Of a stretch of 64,000 nucleotides of DNA, positions 1-12,703 are shown piece after piece. The number at the start of each line of letters is the position of its first letter. Position 1 is the stretch's first letter. This DNA comes from Vicugna vicugna. Taxonomy: Eukaryota. A program made the position numbers and the translations under genes. The notes beneath the pieces are model-generated. The model did no database searches. It was not told where the DNA came from and saw only the letters and a list, made by a program, of their open reading frames with translations. Location of the stretch: contig MU058584.1 of the NCBI GenBank assembly GCA_013265495.1, forward strand, positions 4,222,508 through 4,286,507. Direction: 5' to 3'.

Positions 1-29
1 TTATTATTGCATTACTTTATTATTATTTA

Positions 30-152
30 TTTTGGCAAGAGGGGGAGGTAATTAGGTTTATTTATTTTTGGAGGAGGTACTGGGGATTGAACCCAGGACC
101 TCATGCATGCTAAGCATTCGCTCAGCCACTTGAGCTGTATACCCTGCCCCCC
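30..152 (-). mobile_element. Vic-1-like tRNA-derived SINE
   Basis: Reverse complement carries A box (agctcaagtgg), B box (ggttcaatccc) and the aaacctaattacctcccc tail. Confidence 0.9.
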
Positions 153-159
153 ACCGTCT

Positions 160-2460
160 CAGTAGTTTTGCCTTTTCCGGAATGTCGTATAATTTGAATC
201 ATACAGTTATGTATCCTTTTTAGGTTGGCTTCTTTCACTTAGTAATATGCATTTAAGTTTCCTATCAAGTCTTTTCATGGCTTAATAACTCATTTCTTTC
301 TAGCCCGAAATACTATTCCACTGTCTGGATATGCCACGGTTGATTTATCCATTTACCTGCTGAAGAAAATCTTGGTTGCTTCCAAGTTTGGGCAGTTATC
401 AGTAAAGCTGCTGTAAACACCTGTGTGCAGGTTTTTATGTAGACATAAGTTTTAAACTCCTCTGAGTAAATACCTAGGAGTATGATTATGGATTGAATGG
501 TAAGAAAATGTCAATAATCCTCATTCCTCCCTCCCATCCCTTGTAGCGTTGCCGTCATTCATTGCACTTACATAATAAGTGTATATAAGTGTATATATAA
601 TACATATACACATTAGCATGCATAATCAAAAGCATTGTTAGTGTTATTATTTTGAAGTTATCTGTTAGATCATTTAAGAATAAGAAAAGTAAGTTTTTAT
701 TTTACCTTCACTTATTCCTGCTTCAGTGTTCTTCCTCACTTTACGTAGATCCAAGATTCTGACCTACATTGCTTTCCTTCCTTCTGAAGAACTTCTTGAA
801 CGTTTCTTGCAGGACAGCTCAACTGGCAACACATTCCCTCAGTTTCTGTTTGTTTGAGAAAGTCTATATTTCCCCTTCACTTTTGAAGGATATTTTCACA
901 GGATTTACAGAATTTTAGGTTGGCGGGGTTTTTTTCCTCTCAATACTTTAAATATTTCACACCACCTTTCTCTTGCTTGCCTGGTTTCTGAAGAGAAGCC
1001 AGATGTAATTCTTATATTTGCTCCTATATAGTAAGTTGGTTTTTCGGTCTGACTTCCTCCAGGATTTTTTTCTTTACCTTTGATTTTCTGCAGTTTGAAA
1101 ATAATATACCTAGGTATGGGCTTTAGGGGGATTTATCCTGCCTGGTATTCTCTGGGCTTCCTGGATCTGTGGTTCGATGTCTGACATTAATTTGGGGGAA
1201 ATTCTCAGTCATCATTGTTTCAGCTATTTGTTCTGTTCCTCTCTCTTTCTTCTCCCACTGTATGTATGTTATACCTTTGTAGTTGTCCCACAGTTCTTGG
1301 ATACTCTGTATTTTTTTCAGTCTTTATTCTCTTTGCTTTTCAGTTTTTTGGGGGATTTATTGATATATCGTCTAGCTCAGAGATTCTTTTCTTGCCCATG
1401 TCCAGTCTACTAATAAGGCTAACGAAGGCATTCTTCATTTCTGTTACAGTGTTTTCATTATAGTGTTAACATTTCTTTTGGGTCCTTCTTAGGGTTCCCA
1501 GCTCTCTGTTTACATTGCCCATCTGTTCTTGCATGCTGTCTACTTTATCCATTGGAGCCCTTGTAATATTAATCATATTTGTTTTAAATTTCCGGTCTGA
1601 TAATTCCAGCATCCCTGTCACGTCTGGTTCTGGTGCTTATTCGGGCTCTTTAGATTGTGGGGTGTTTTTTGCTTTTTAGTACGACTTGTGATTTTTCTTG
1701 TTAGCTGGACATGATGTACTGAGTAAAAGGAACTGCTGTAAATAGGCCTTTGGTAATGTGGTTGGGGGGGTGGGGAGTGCTCTACAGTCCTATGATTAGG
1801 TCTCAGGCTTTCAAGCCTGTGTCTCTGGAACGTGAACTTGACAAGAGTTTCTTAGTTTTTTTCCTGCTCCCTTAGGTGGGACAGGATGGCTAGAGTGAAC
1901 TAGAGTTGAGTATTTCCCTCCCCCAGATCAGTTAGGCTCTGAATACCCCAGCATGTTAGGCTCTGATTAACTTGTTTCCCCTGAGGGCAGACCTTGTTAA
2001 GAAGAAGAGAATGTTCTGGCATGTTTCGGGAGGGTTCCTTTTTCCATCCCCTGCAGAGAGCCAGAGGAGATTTTTCTTTAATATTTGCTATGGGCACATG
2101 GTGGAGCGTGGTTACTCTTGCAGTATTGTGGGGTCCCCTACACCTGGGTACCCTTGGAGTCTTTAACTCACAGAGTTGTCCACACTGAGTCTCCACGCTT
2201 CATCAATCACAGTTCAGATTTTCCTACCTGGACACCAGCTCCAGAGGCCATCTCAGCCCCTGACTCTCTGCCCTTGGAAGCTGTGACCCCCTGCATTCAC
2301 CTGCCTGCCTCTCCAGTCTGGGGGCAGCCATTTCCCCTGTGTTCTCCCCTCCCAGACATATCCAAGAACAGTTAATTTTTCAGTCTCTTACTTGTTGTTA
2401 GGACAGAGTGGCAACTGCTAAGGTCCTTACATGAGGAACCAGAAAACAGAAATCTCTCAT
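160..2460 (-). mobile_element. Old L1 (L1MC-like) remnant: 3'/ORF2-end piece joined to ORF1 and 5' region
   Basis: Antisense L1M motifs (ttggcttctttcacttagtaatatgcatttaag; ttttgaaggatattttcacagga; ctgggcttcctggatctgtgg). No intact ORF. Confidence 0.75.
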
Positions 2461-2563
2461 CCGGTCTTGATTTCTTTTGGTTTCATAGATGGAGCCAGAC
2501 CATTGTTGACTGTCTGTGTGTTGTACCCCTCGGGACATCATCTTCTAGTCACTGTCTCAGTAG

Positions 2564-3042
2564 TGTTGCCGAATGCAAGTTCATGTGCCTGATGCACTGT
2601 GAGGCCAAAGAAACTGAAACGTCAAAGTTTGGAGCAGAGAAAGGTTTAATGCAGGGCTGAGCAAGGAGGACAGAGTGGCTTCTGCCCAAGAAAACCCTGA
2701 GCTCCCTGAAGGGTTTCAGCAAAGCATATTTAAAGGCTAAGTAAGGGAGGGGGGTTGCAGGGTGCGTGATCAGCTCGTGCACAGTTTTCTGATTGGCTGA
2801 TGTTGAGGTAATAGGGTGATCAACACTGTCAACCCCTCAGGCACCAGAAGGTCTGGGGGCCACGTGCTCTCAATCATCAAGTAGTTCATTTCTTCCCTTT
2901 GGTGGTGGTTTTTAAGCATCTGAAAAACTCAGGAAATATGCAAGAGATACTATTATCTGGGTGCTTCAGAGAGGAGCTGCAGCAGAGGACATGGGGGGAG
3001 GGGTCTGATCTGGAAGGTCCCACAGGGTCCTGCTCAGTTTCG
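2564..3042 (-). mobile_element. Solo ERV1-class LTR (MER41-like)
   Basis: TG...CG (decayed CA) ends, 4-bp TSD gtag/atag. On the minus strand: CCAAT box, TATA-like tttaaata and ATTAAA poly(A) signal. Confidence 0.75.
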
Positions 3043-3164
3043 ATAGCTCTCTCAGGTCAAGCACCCGGGGCTGCCACTCCAACCTTGCTGCTCATCATAG
3101 TCGTTGGATCCAATTTATAAACAGTCTTCTTTCTTGGACCACTCCTGGCATTCACTGCCAAAGG

Positions 3165-3560
3165 TCAGGCTCCCTAGACATCAGACACTGAGACAGAGAC
3201 TTGGCTTAAGATGTTTATAGGGATGTGCTCTTAGAATCAACTCTGGGGATACAGAAGGGAGCAGGATGAGGCGGCAAGAGAAGATGAGCTGGGATTCAGT
3301 CCCATCAGAAGCCTCAACTGACACCACAGTCCTATGGAGCTGGGATGGCCCTGAAGCTGGCCCAGATTGGGGCAGAGGGACTAGACATTTAGACCCCTGC
3401 CTTGACCAGCATGCTCCCCAGCTGAGGGTCGTCTCCAGGAAGGGACTTGGCTGCCAGCTGTGAGTTGCCAACACTCTGAGCAATTGAGGAAATGAGGGTC
3501 TCAGTCCTGAAAGGGGATGGGGGTGGGTACGTGGGTGGCACACCGCAGCACCCACTGCAG
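3165..3560 (-). mobile_element. LTR16-like ERVL LTR fragment
   Basis: cagacactgagacagagacttggc...tttatagggatgtgctcttagaatcaac...ctgggatggccct resembles the LTR16 family. Boundaries approximate. Confidence 0.6.
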
Positions 3561-4127
3561 AACGGTCTGTGGAGAGAAGAGCCAGCGTGTGCTCCAAGTG
3601 CAGACTCAAAGCAGAGCTGCTATTTGAGTGTGTGGGCCAGAGGTCATTCTCCTGACAAACATTCAGGATTCTTTTAATAACCATGTCATGTTGGAGTTAG
3701 AAAAGCCTTCAAGAAACTTCTATTTCATCCTCACTTGTTACGGATGAGGAAACTAAAACACAATTTGACCCAAGCAGTTTTTGACTCCCAGAATTGCTCT
3801 TTCTGCTGTAGCTTTTTTGGCTTTGACTTTATAAGATTCTGAAAAATCTCTTTGTACCTTCCAGCAGAGTCCTAATGGTGATATTTAATTTGGCAATGAA
3901 CCAATTACATCTTTACTATCTCAGGATGCATGAGATGGAATGGAGATTAAACAGTGATCATTTTTGCAAAAGAAAAGTTATCCGTAATGGACATAAAGCA
4001 TTATTTTATATAACACATAAATATTCATACAGCATTAAGTTGTTTATCCTCAGTTGTTAAGGCTGAGTGACGGGTACATGGGGGTTCAGGTTTATAATAT
4101 TATTCCTCTCTCCCCACTGTCAAGAAC

Positions 4128-4570
4128 TGTGAAGGACCTGCTATTTTATTCTCCCCACAGACCAACAAGTGAGCCTGCCACAATTTCATGGATGCTGGCA
4201 GAGGACACAAGACTCTTAGATCAGAGACAAAGGATTTTATTACTCAGAGCAATAGCAGTTGGCAGAGTAGCAGCATTTGGTTGGTTCTCCAAGCCCCAAT
4301 TCCCATAGGGTAATACGAAGAGGGCCAGGTCACCTGCACATACAGTGGGTTGCATGACAGGAAAGAAACCCTGAGCTGAGGAGAACCAAGTCTTTTATAA
4401 TGGGCAGTAAGTCTGTCAAAGGGTCACATTATCTTTGATAACTGGATTAGGAAACAGCCCTACATTTTTCCCTGAAGGGAGATACCCTCTTTATCTTCCA
4501 ACGCTGTTTGCTAAACAAACATCCTTCAAAAGATACTCTAGAACAAAGGCAGTCAGTACCTCTGTTCACA
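4128..4570 (-). mobile_element. Old ERV LTR (MER89/MER90-like)
   Basis: tttcatggatgctggcagaggacacaagactcttagatcagagacaaaggattttattactca motif, with TG...CA-like ends. Confidence 0.55.
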
Positions 4571-4779
4571 AGGTGTACAGAAATGCATGATACCCATGGA
4601 GAATTATCTCCTCACACCCACTCATATCCTTACCCTCAGGACCAATATGATGCAATATAGTCCCTGCATACAATGTGAATGGTGCTCTCTGGGGTTGTGC
4701 AGTGGTCCTGTCCATCCTGGCCCAAACCCAGATTCTTACGCCCACCCACTCCTGGGATCTCTCTGCTGCAACGCATGCA

Positions 4780-5390
4780 GACCCTCTCAAACTCAACATG
4801 TAGAAAACTGAACTTGTGCTTTTCCTCCCCTAAATCCGTTCTTCCCATTGGTGTTGGCGACACTGGTTACTCTAAGCAGAAGTGCTCACCTGGAATGCGT
4901 TGCATATTTCTGCCTCTTTCTTACCACTTCCCATGCTGTCCAGTTATTCACCAGGACTTTTAAATTTTATCTTCCCAGAAGATCTCAAAACCATCAACTT
5001 CCTTCCATTCCCAACTACCATGAGTTGAGTCCAAGCCCTAGTTCTCTCCAATGTCTGTGACTGAACAACCTCTTAACTGGCCTTCTTGCCTTCCTTCCAT
5101 CTTGCCCCTCAACCAGCTTTTCTTCAGAATTTCATCGTCCAGAATTTTCATCAGACTGATCTTATATTTTTTTTAAAAGTGACCACATCACTCCTCTACC
5201 AATGTAAAAACCTAAGTTTCTTTACTGCGGCACAGCTCTGTCTCCCATTGCACCCCCTCTTTACATTTCACACCGCCTGTATGTTGTTTCATTCTTTGTA
5301 GAGCTTCGTTGAGTACCATGTTGCCTACTCTGTTCCCTCCCCTCAAACCCTACAAAGCCTCTTCTCTCAGGAATTTCTTGGTGTCTTCAG
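4780..5390 (+). mobile_element. L2 fragment
   Basis: ctcaaactcaacatgtagaaaactgaactt and aacaacctcttaactggcctt are typical L2 3' region motifs. Confidence 0.6.
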
Positions 5391-5393
5391 ATA

Positions 5394-5588
5394 AGGTTAC
5401 CAGATAAAAAACGGGATGCAGAGTTAAATTAGAATTTCAGATAAATAGCAAAACATTTTTTTAGCACAAGTATGTCCCATGCAATATTTGGGATACACTT
5501 ATGTTAAACAAATTTTTTTGCTGTTTATCTGCAATTCAGTATTTCAGAATTCAATGCTGTATTCTTATTTGCCAAATCTTGTAACCCT
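5394..5588. mobile_element. MER53 (hAT MITE, palindromic)
   Basis: Terminal inverted repeats aaggttaccagat...atcttgtaaccct and central palindrome aagtatgtccca...tgggatacactt. Confidence 0.85.
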
Positions 5589-5629
5589 CCTTCCAGGGAA
5601 CAGCTCACATATGCTTGTGACAAATATCA

Positions 5630-6060
5630 TCAGGTATTCTCCTAGCCCTAGAAAAAAAGCCGGAGGCAAACATCACATGCCGCAGCCTTACTGCAAGTCC
5701 CAGAGCAGGAAGCAAAAAAGAAAGGGAGGAATAAAAGCAAATATGAGGTGGCACATTGATTAGCTGCCCACAGCTGCACAAGGAAAGACAGCTGGTTGCT
5801 CAGTCATGCAGACAGGCCAGGTGGAAACACCGAGCCCTGGACCTGTGCCTCTGGGGAAGAAAGGAGAGGGATGTTTCAGCCAGATCTTTCATCTCCTTCT
5901 GTCATTGTTAAAGTTCACTGCATGGGGCATTAATTCCCCTGTTCTTCTGGGCTGAGTTATGCAAACCTTCTGGGAAGTTGCTGGGAAAGCCAGATCCTCT
6001 CCCCCACGATTGTGACCTCTGGCCTGAGCCCAGAAGTGTGGGAGGAGCCACAGCACTAGG
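5630..6060 (-). mobile_element. LTR16/LTR33-like ERVL LTR fragment
   Basis: Degenerate similarity (ggggcattaattcccctg; gggaaagccagatcctct). Confidence 0.45.
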
Positions 6061-6250
6061 GGTGCAATTGGGAAGAATCGGGGCTCCAGGACTTCTCTGA
6101 TAGACATGATAGAAGCCATGCTGAAGCCAAGCCCTCTCCTGGGGGAGGCTGAGGCAACTGGCACTGTTAGGACATGAGGTGATGACAGTGACAGCAGGGG
6201 AGGCTCTCCTTTTAGCCTATGGACAAGGTCCTGGGGTGAGGAGGAGGCTA

Positions 6251-6300
6251 GAGTGTGAGTGTGTGTGTGTGTGTGTGTGCACATGTGTGACAGAGAGAGA
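6251..6300. repeat. (GT)n/(GA)n microsatellite
   Basis: Directly visible. Confidence 0.9.
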
Positions 6301-7419
6301 AAAACACAGGTGGAGCAGAGCAAATAGGGGTGGGGGCACATCGACTAAGTCTGGTATAATTACTCCACCACAGTGACCACTGTCTTCCCCGCTTCCTGCT
6401 AGAGCCCGCTCTTCTGGGCATCTCCCCTGGACACTGCTGTCTTTGCAAAAGGTATCAGTGCTTCTGCTTACCCCTTCAGATACGCCCGCAGGGGGCCACT
6501 GTGGCAGACACTGCGATTCCTGGCTGAGGGCTTCTGCCGTCTTTCTGTACCCCCGGGGCCCCTCTGTGCTGTGATAGAAAAGGAAGGGTGGCTCTCTCTC
6601 TTTCCATTTGTTTCATGTTCTCTTAGATGGTTGCCTTTGTGGGCACTGTCTGGATAACTGTCAGCAAAACACACTCAGACTGACTAGAGCACAAAAAAGG
6701 GAATGTCCTGGTTTATGTTACTGAAGATCCCAAGAGAAGTTACATATTCACTTCTGCATGAATCAAGTATAAAAAAAATAAAGAAAACCCCTTAAGTCAA
6801 TTGTGGGGGCGAGGAGGGCAAGCAGAGCCCCAGTCACATTTCAGTATAAACTAAGGAATAACTTGTGAGAGCACATTGTGATTTCTAAAGTCCCTTAACA
6901 TTTGTTGTCTTTGACCCCCATTCATTACTGCAATGAAAGCAGTAGATTCCACAGTGACCCAGAACAAAGCAAGAGAGAAGTCAGGGTTAGCATGGGGCCC
7001 TGATAAATCAGGTGACAGTTTCGAGGGGGAGATAGACATCTTGTTTGGAAAGAAACACCCAAAATGTTAACCAAGGTAGGTTAGGGTAGGATTAGAGGTG
7101 GGGATTGCGGCAGGAGGGAGCTTGTGTTTTTCGCTCTTTCATGCTGCTTGGTTTTGTCACAAGCCAGTATCATACATGTAAATTTTTCAAAAGAGGAAAA
7201 TGGAAAAAAGCAGAGGAATTTTGACGCATCGTCTCTTCAGTGTGTATCTTATGAATTGCTTTCGCTTTCAGATAAGGAGGAAGCGTGAGCATTTGCGTTG
7301 AGATCAGAAAGTCTCTTTTCTGAGGGAGGTGACGTGGCTTTGGTGTTACCCGTTAGGAATTGTTTCAACCGATGATGGATATTGTCACTTAATCCATGTC
7401 CACAAACGGCTATGGCAGA

Positions 7420-7900
7420 GACTGGTCGATGTCCCCAGCACCCATTCATTTCTCCCCTTTCTATGGTCAGCCCCCACCTTTAGCTGGGCACATGGCCATG
7501 CAAAGTGAAGATTACATTTCCCAGAGCCCCAGCTCCTTGCAGCTAGATATGGCTGTGAGACCAAGTTCTGGTCAATAAAATGTAAGCAGATGCACTGAGT
7601 ACAAACCCAATAAGAGTTCTTAAAGGGAGGGAGCACATCCGTATTTCCCCTTCTTCTTTCCTCCCATCTGTCACGTAGAACCATGGCAGGAGCTCCCGTG
7701 ACATCTTCTGCATGACGTAAGAGCCACGTGCTTAAGATCAGAGCAATGAAAGGAGACTGGGTCCCTGTGTAGAGCACGTACCTGCTCAGCACAGCCAGCC
7801 TCTGAAGCTCATTTCTGTGAGAGAGAAGTAAGCTTCCACGTTGTTTAAGCCACTGCAGTTTTTCTGTTACAGGCAGCCAAACCTAATCCCAACTGATTGA
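7420..7900 (+). mobile_element. MLT1 (MaLR) LTR, old subfamily
   Basis: tccttgcagctagatatggctgtgagaccaagttctggtcaataaaatgtaagcaga...ttgtttaagccactg...tgttacaggcagccaaacctaatcc. Confidence 0.75.
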
Positions 7901-8185
7901 ATGACTTGAGTTTACTCTAAAATCAAATCACTTTTAGTAGACAGCTTCCAAGATAAAATTGACTTATAACAGCAATTCTATACAGCAGATTAGAACATTC
8001 AGTTACTCAGGTGGCACAATTATGAACTAATTTGTCCTGTAGATGTTACCAGGGAGCTATAATTTTAAATCAGTGTAAGATAAGGTGTTTTATTGAGGAC
8101 TTTTGTCCAAGTGAGAAATTACTAGCACTGCTTTGAGTTTGTTCCCGCCCCACCCCTGCTAGAATTACCATAGCCCCACTTTAAG

Positions 8186-8335
8186 GCAGTGTCTCTGTCC
8201 CAATTATTTCTTGAATTTAAAATGCAGGTTCATGGGCCTCTCTAGAACTCTAGGAATCAAAATCTTTGAGGGTGGGTCTCAGGACTGCATTTTAAACAAA
8301 TATCTTAGTATGTCCTATGCACACTAAAATTTTGG
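8186..8335. mobile_element. MER5A-like hAT MITE
   Basis: ttaaaatgcaggtt...gaatcaaaatctttgagggtggg...ctgcattttaaacaa. Confidence 0.65.
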
Positions 8336-10204
8336 GGGAAAATTATGCCTCATTCTTTCATAAACTGAAGTAAACCCCAAACTGTTTTCTGAAAGAGATT
8401 TTACCTTCAGCTTCTAGGTACTCCTTAAATTCATCCTCTGCTGAGATGAAGTGAGCATCAATCAGTCACGAGTCTGGATAGAATCCTAATCCTAAATTCT
8501 CTTTTAAAGACTTCGTTCTTTTCCTTTTTAGTTGTTAAAATCACAGTAATCGTTCTTTTATCCACGACACAGTTTCTTTTAGGAGATTACAACCGGACAC
8601 TGTCCTGCTCAATTTTATCAAAAGCCCAGTCAGGAGAAATAATACCTGTGATAGATTCCCTGAGAACATGCAGTCTACTCCTCTTTTTTTTTTTTTTTAG
8701 CTCTTCTAAATTTTACCCTTGAAATGTATCAAGAGTAGCAGAGAATTGCCTACTTGGATTATTTTGTTTTCCTCCCTTGTTTGGGTTTGCTTATCCTGCA
8801 CTGTACCCTGGAGTTACATTATCAGCCTTACTTTGAACATTGTTATAAGAAACAACGGTAGGAAATGTGTTACTGTAGCTATTGTAGGGCTGCCGTTGAG
8901 AGTGTTTCCCACAGTTACACAGTCCTTTCTTCACGAGTGCCCATGGGAGAGTTTGTCAGTCCTCAAGACCAGAGAGCACAGCACTTCCAAAGAATAACTG
9001 GCTTGTTTTCAACCAATGAATATTCAATCACAAATTATCTTTTCCTTGGTGTCTGAGAGATTCCATAAGGACATATCTTGTGACATACTTTGGGCAAACA
9101 TATAGGACTCTATGGTGTATATTTCCTTGTGTTGGTCTTACGCCTGACCTTTCTATTATTACATGTATTTCCCTTCATCATATTCCCCAAACTATACCTT
9201 GTGTCATTTTTACTGTATATGTTTTAATAAGCGACTGCTAATCCTTTGTGGAAAGAGCAGGAAGGAATGGGTGGATGGAGGCAAATCTAGATCTTCTAAA
9301 TCTTCAGTTATAACAATGTTTCCCTCCTTGCATGCCTTCCCCCACCCCCAACACACACTCAGAACAGCACAGGTAAATTTCTTAAATCCCATAAAAGAGA
9401 GAAATAAAGATGGTATGGGTTATAAGCAAATACATTTCTATGAATGGGTAGGGAGAGTAGAGAAGGGAAGGGGGGGAGCAAATGAAGGGAAAGTAAAAAA
9501 AAAGAGAAAAGAAGTGGGGGGAAAGCATAAAGGAAGAAAGGAAACATGTAAAGAAATAAAGATTATATTCAGATTGAAATAACGGAAGTTTTAGGTTTTC
9601 CAAGCTAGTGTAGGACATCAGATCTGCCCAGCAAGGGAGTATGCCAAGACCACATCCCTTCATTCTGCCCTGCTGAATGTACTTAGTAATTAGTACTTAG
9701 TAATTTGCCCCTGCGAATAGTTCTGCAAGTTTTAGCGATTTTTCATTTCTCCCCAGCGTGTTTCAAAGTCAGACAACAAAAATAAAAACACAAAATCTAG
9801 TGTATCATTGTTTAAGATTGTTTAAAATGTATCTTTCTGCTGAGTTCAAATGCATGTTGTACTCCTGACACAAGGGGTCACTATTTCTATAGTTTATAAT
9901 ATAGTACAGACATTTCATGTAGAAAACTAGGTCTGTGGAACTCATGGCTGGGAGCATAAAGAGAAAAAAAAGGTTTGCTATGTGTTCCAAGCTCACCAGG
10001 TTTTCCGGAGAGGGTGGGACATGTTCTGATGTACCAAGTGAACAATGTCAGAGCCTGCAAGCTGGCTTTCTGGCCCCAGGGCTGCTGGTTGGAACCTCCT
10101 TGAGATCAGGACCCATGAATCTCACTTACCTATGCAGTGAAAGAATTAGTGTGTCAGAACACTAGCTTTGGAGTCTGACCTAGAATCAAAGATATATGAA
10201 CTGG

Positions 10205-10347
10205 GTGGTGGGGAGGTTATAGCTCAGCGGTAGAGATGCCTGCTTAGCACGCACTACGTCCTAGTTTCCATCCCCAGTATCTCCATTAAGAAAGAAAGAA
10301 ATAAACCTAATTACCTCCCCCTCAAAGATAAAAAAAAAATTTTAAAC
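10205..10347 (+). mobile_element. Vic-1-like SINE inserted in a MIR
   Basis: A and B boxes plus tail. TSD atatgaactgg at 10194-10204 and 10348-10358. MIR sequence continues on both sides (~10150-10500). Confidence 0.9.
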
Positions 10348-12254
10348 ATATGAACTGGAGCAAGTTGCTTAAACTCTTCCGAGTCTAAAAATGGAAGTTT
10401 TATCTCAAAGAGCTGTGGCGAGGATTCAATGGAATAATAATCTAAAGCATCTAACAGCATGCGACACATAGTAGGGACTCAGTAAGCAGAAGTTATCACT
10501 GTATGTTACCTAGCACGGCAGACATAGAGTGGTGGGTAATACACATTTAAATGAATGAATGAAACGTGTAGAATCAGATTTCACTGCACTGAGGAAAATG
10601 AATATTTCCTAGCTTTTCACATGGGGAGTCAGCTAGCTGAATCACCTCAGGGCAAAGTAACCAGTCCATCTGTAGTAAGCACTCTGTAATTCTGACATCG
10701 GAAAGAGCAGAGGTCAGAGGGGAAGAGTGATGTGCCCTGGGCTTCAGAACTGATTAAGGAAACAGCGTAAGACTCTGGTCCCTGGAGTCCTAGCTCAGGG
10801 TTTGGCCTTTAGGGACCTGACTGACCGGCCTGGAGCTGAAGGGTGGGCGGAACAGAGAGGGAGCGGGGAGGTGGGCCTTGATGGGCTGATCCTAGAAAAC
10901 AAATAGGCTTTGGGCTTGGTTTAAACAGCTTATGAGGGGCACCCTTACCCAGCAAACGACCCCACCCAGGTGTGGAAAGAGCCAGAACCACAAAAAAGCT
11001 TCTTGCTTGCCCTGAGGCCACCCATAACTGGCCTCTAATCTGAAGGGATCTGTAGGGAGAGGCTCTCACTTCCCCAAATATGTTTCTTCCTGTGTCACAA
11101 GAAGCCTTTGGTCACCTCCTTCCCTTGTGCAACAAAAAAGCAGTTTCTGCCTCAGCTTCTTTCCCCTTACCACTTTCCTTGCCTTCTCTGTGACCAAATT
11201 CTCAGGACACAGCTCTGCTCCAGCCCCAGTTGGCTTTCTCTATCCACAGCCTCCCTCTGGCTTCCTGACCTGCACAGAATAACAAAAGACTCGGAGCCCT
11301 GAGGTCCCTCCCTTTCCCGGGTAAAACCAGCTGTCCTGGGGTGGTCCAACCCCTTTGCTTTTGATCTGCCAGCAGGAAGCAATAAAAGGCACTTTCCACG
11401 TGCCTGCTGTAACCATATTTTCCATATTCAAAAGCAGGGCTCATTACCCAAACAGGACACATGCCATTCTAAGAACTTTTTCCAGACAAAAGAAGTGAAA
11501 TTGGACCATGCCAGGAAACCCAGGATGGATGGTTGCACATACCTCATGGGAAATTCTCTCCTCTGAGGGATGGCTGGAAGTGCCAACTGCTTTTGCTACA
11601 GATTCAAGGCTGTAAGTGTGACTCAGATACCAGCCACAGTAGACCCTTGGTTAACTCTTGCTCAGGTTCTGCCAGGAAGCCCGGGGCGGGGGGTGGTAGG
11701 GTGGTGAGCCGTTGTGTCCTGGAAACCCCTTTCCTTGACCTCACTTGTTTGCTTTGTCTCCCTGAAGACCCTAGTCCCATGGGGTCTTTGCAAGCCGTTT
11801 TTACCTTCAACTCAGCTATGCGTCTTTTTAAAAATATCAATCCAGCGATTTCAGTATATCCAATAAATACTATAATGACCTGTTTCACATGTCAGGCACT
11901 GGGCCGTGTACTGCTGGAGAGAAAATGGTAAAAATGCCATGCATTCCAACTCTTTTGAGTCCGTACTATGGGCACAAAATCATGCTCATACTCAGGGGAG
12001 GATCCAGTGATCCAATGAACATGTGGTTTCTACCCTTTCACACTCAACTATAATAAAAATAATCATGGTATGGTAGAATGAGAGCCATACTGGATGGCAG
12101 AGGTCTTGGGTTCAAATCTTACCTCTTCCACTTGAAGGCTATGCAGTACTGAGCAGGGTAGATTTTCAACCCCCGACTCCCTATCTATCAGTAAGGAAGT
12201 CATAATATCTGCTGGCAGTGAGGTAGGGTGCGGAATAAATGCTGGCAAGTTGTT

Positions 12255-12703
12255 TGTGGGGCCAACTGGCATCCTTCAAAGTCCAGTGACCCCCATTCCT
12301 GGGCTCTCTGATGTCTGCCTGTGATCCCCCAACAGATAAAGTACATTCTTTACTGAGCGTGTTTCCCCTAACAAACTAATAGCCCAGGTAATGCTCAGGC
12401 TGGCTTGTTTCAGCCCACCTTATCAGAGTCACAAACCTCCACTGCCCTTCACAGCCCTAAACCTCTTACCGCACCTGCAGCCAATCAGAGACTGGTGCAC
12501 AAGCCACTCAGGCACCTTGTGACCCGACCTTATAAAAGACCCCAGTAACCAGCCCTCAGTGCTCACACAGACACCTCTCTGTTGTCTGTGACTGTGTACC
12601 CTAATAACCTACTTTCTAGTCTCATACTTTACCTTTGGTAAATTCTTTTACCAACCCGCGTGTCACTGGCTCACCGACCGGCCGCCCCGTTGTGCCCACA
12701 ACA
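12255..12703 (+). mobile_element. Complete solo ERVL-class LTR (MER54/MER73/MER74-like), inserted in a MIR
   Basis: TG...CA ends, perfect 5-bp TSD ttgtt (12250-12254 / 12704-12708), CCAAT at 12481, TATAAAA at 12531, ggtaaattcttttacc 3' motif. Confidence 0.85.

Noticed and set aside
8405..8440. Possible minus-strand micro-exon encoding EDEFKEYLEAE
   Set aside because: Weak donor (gtaaaa), no recognisable homologue, and it lies in a possibly LINE-derived region.
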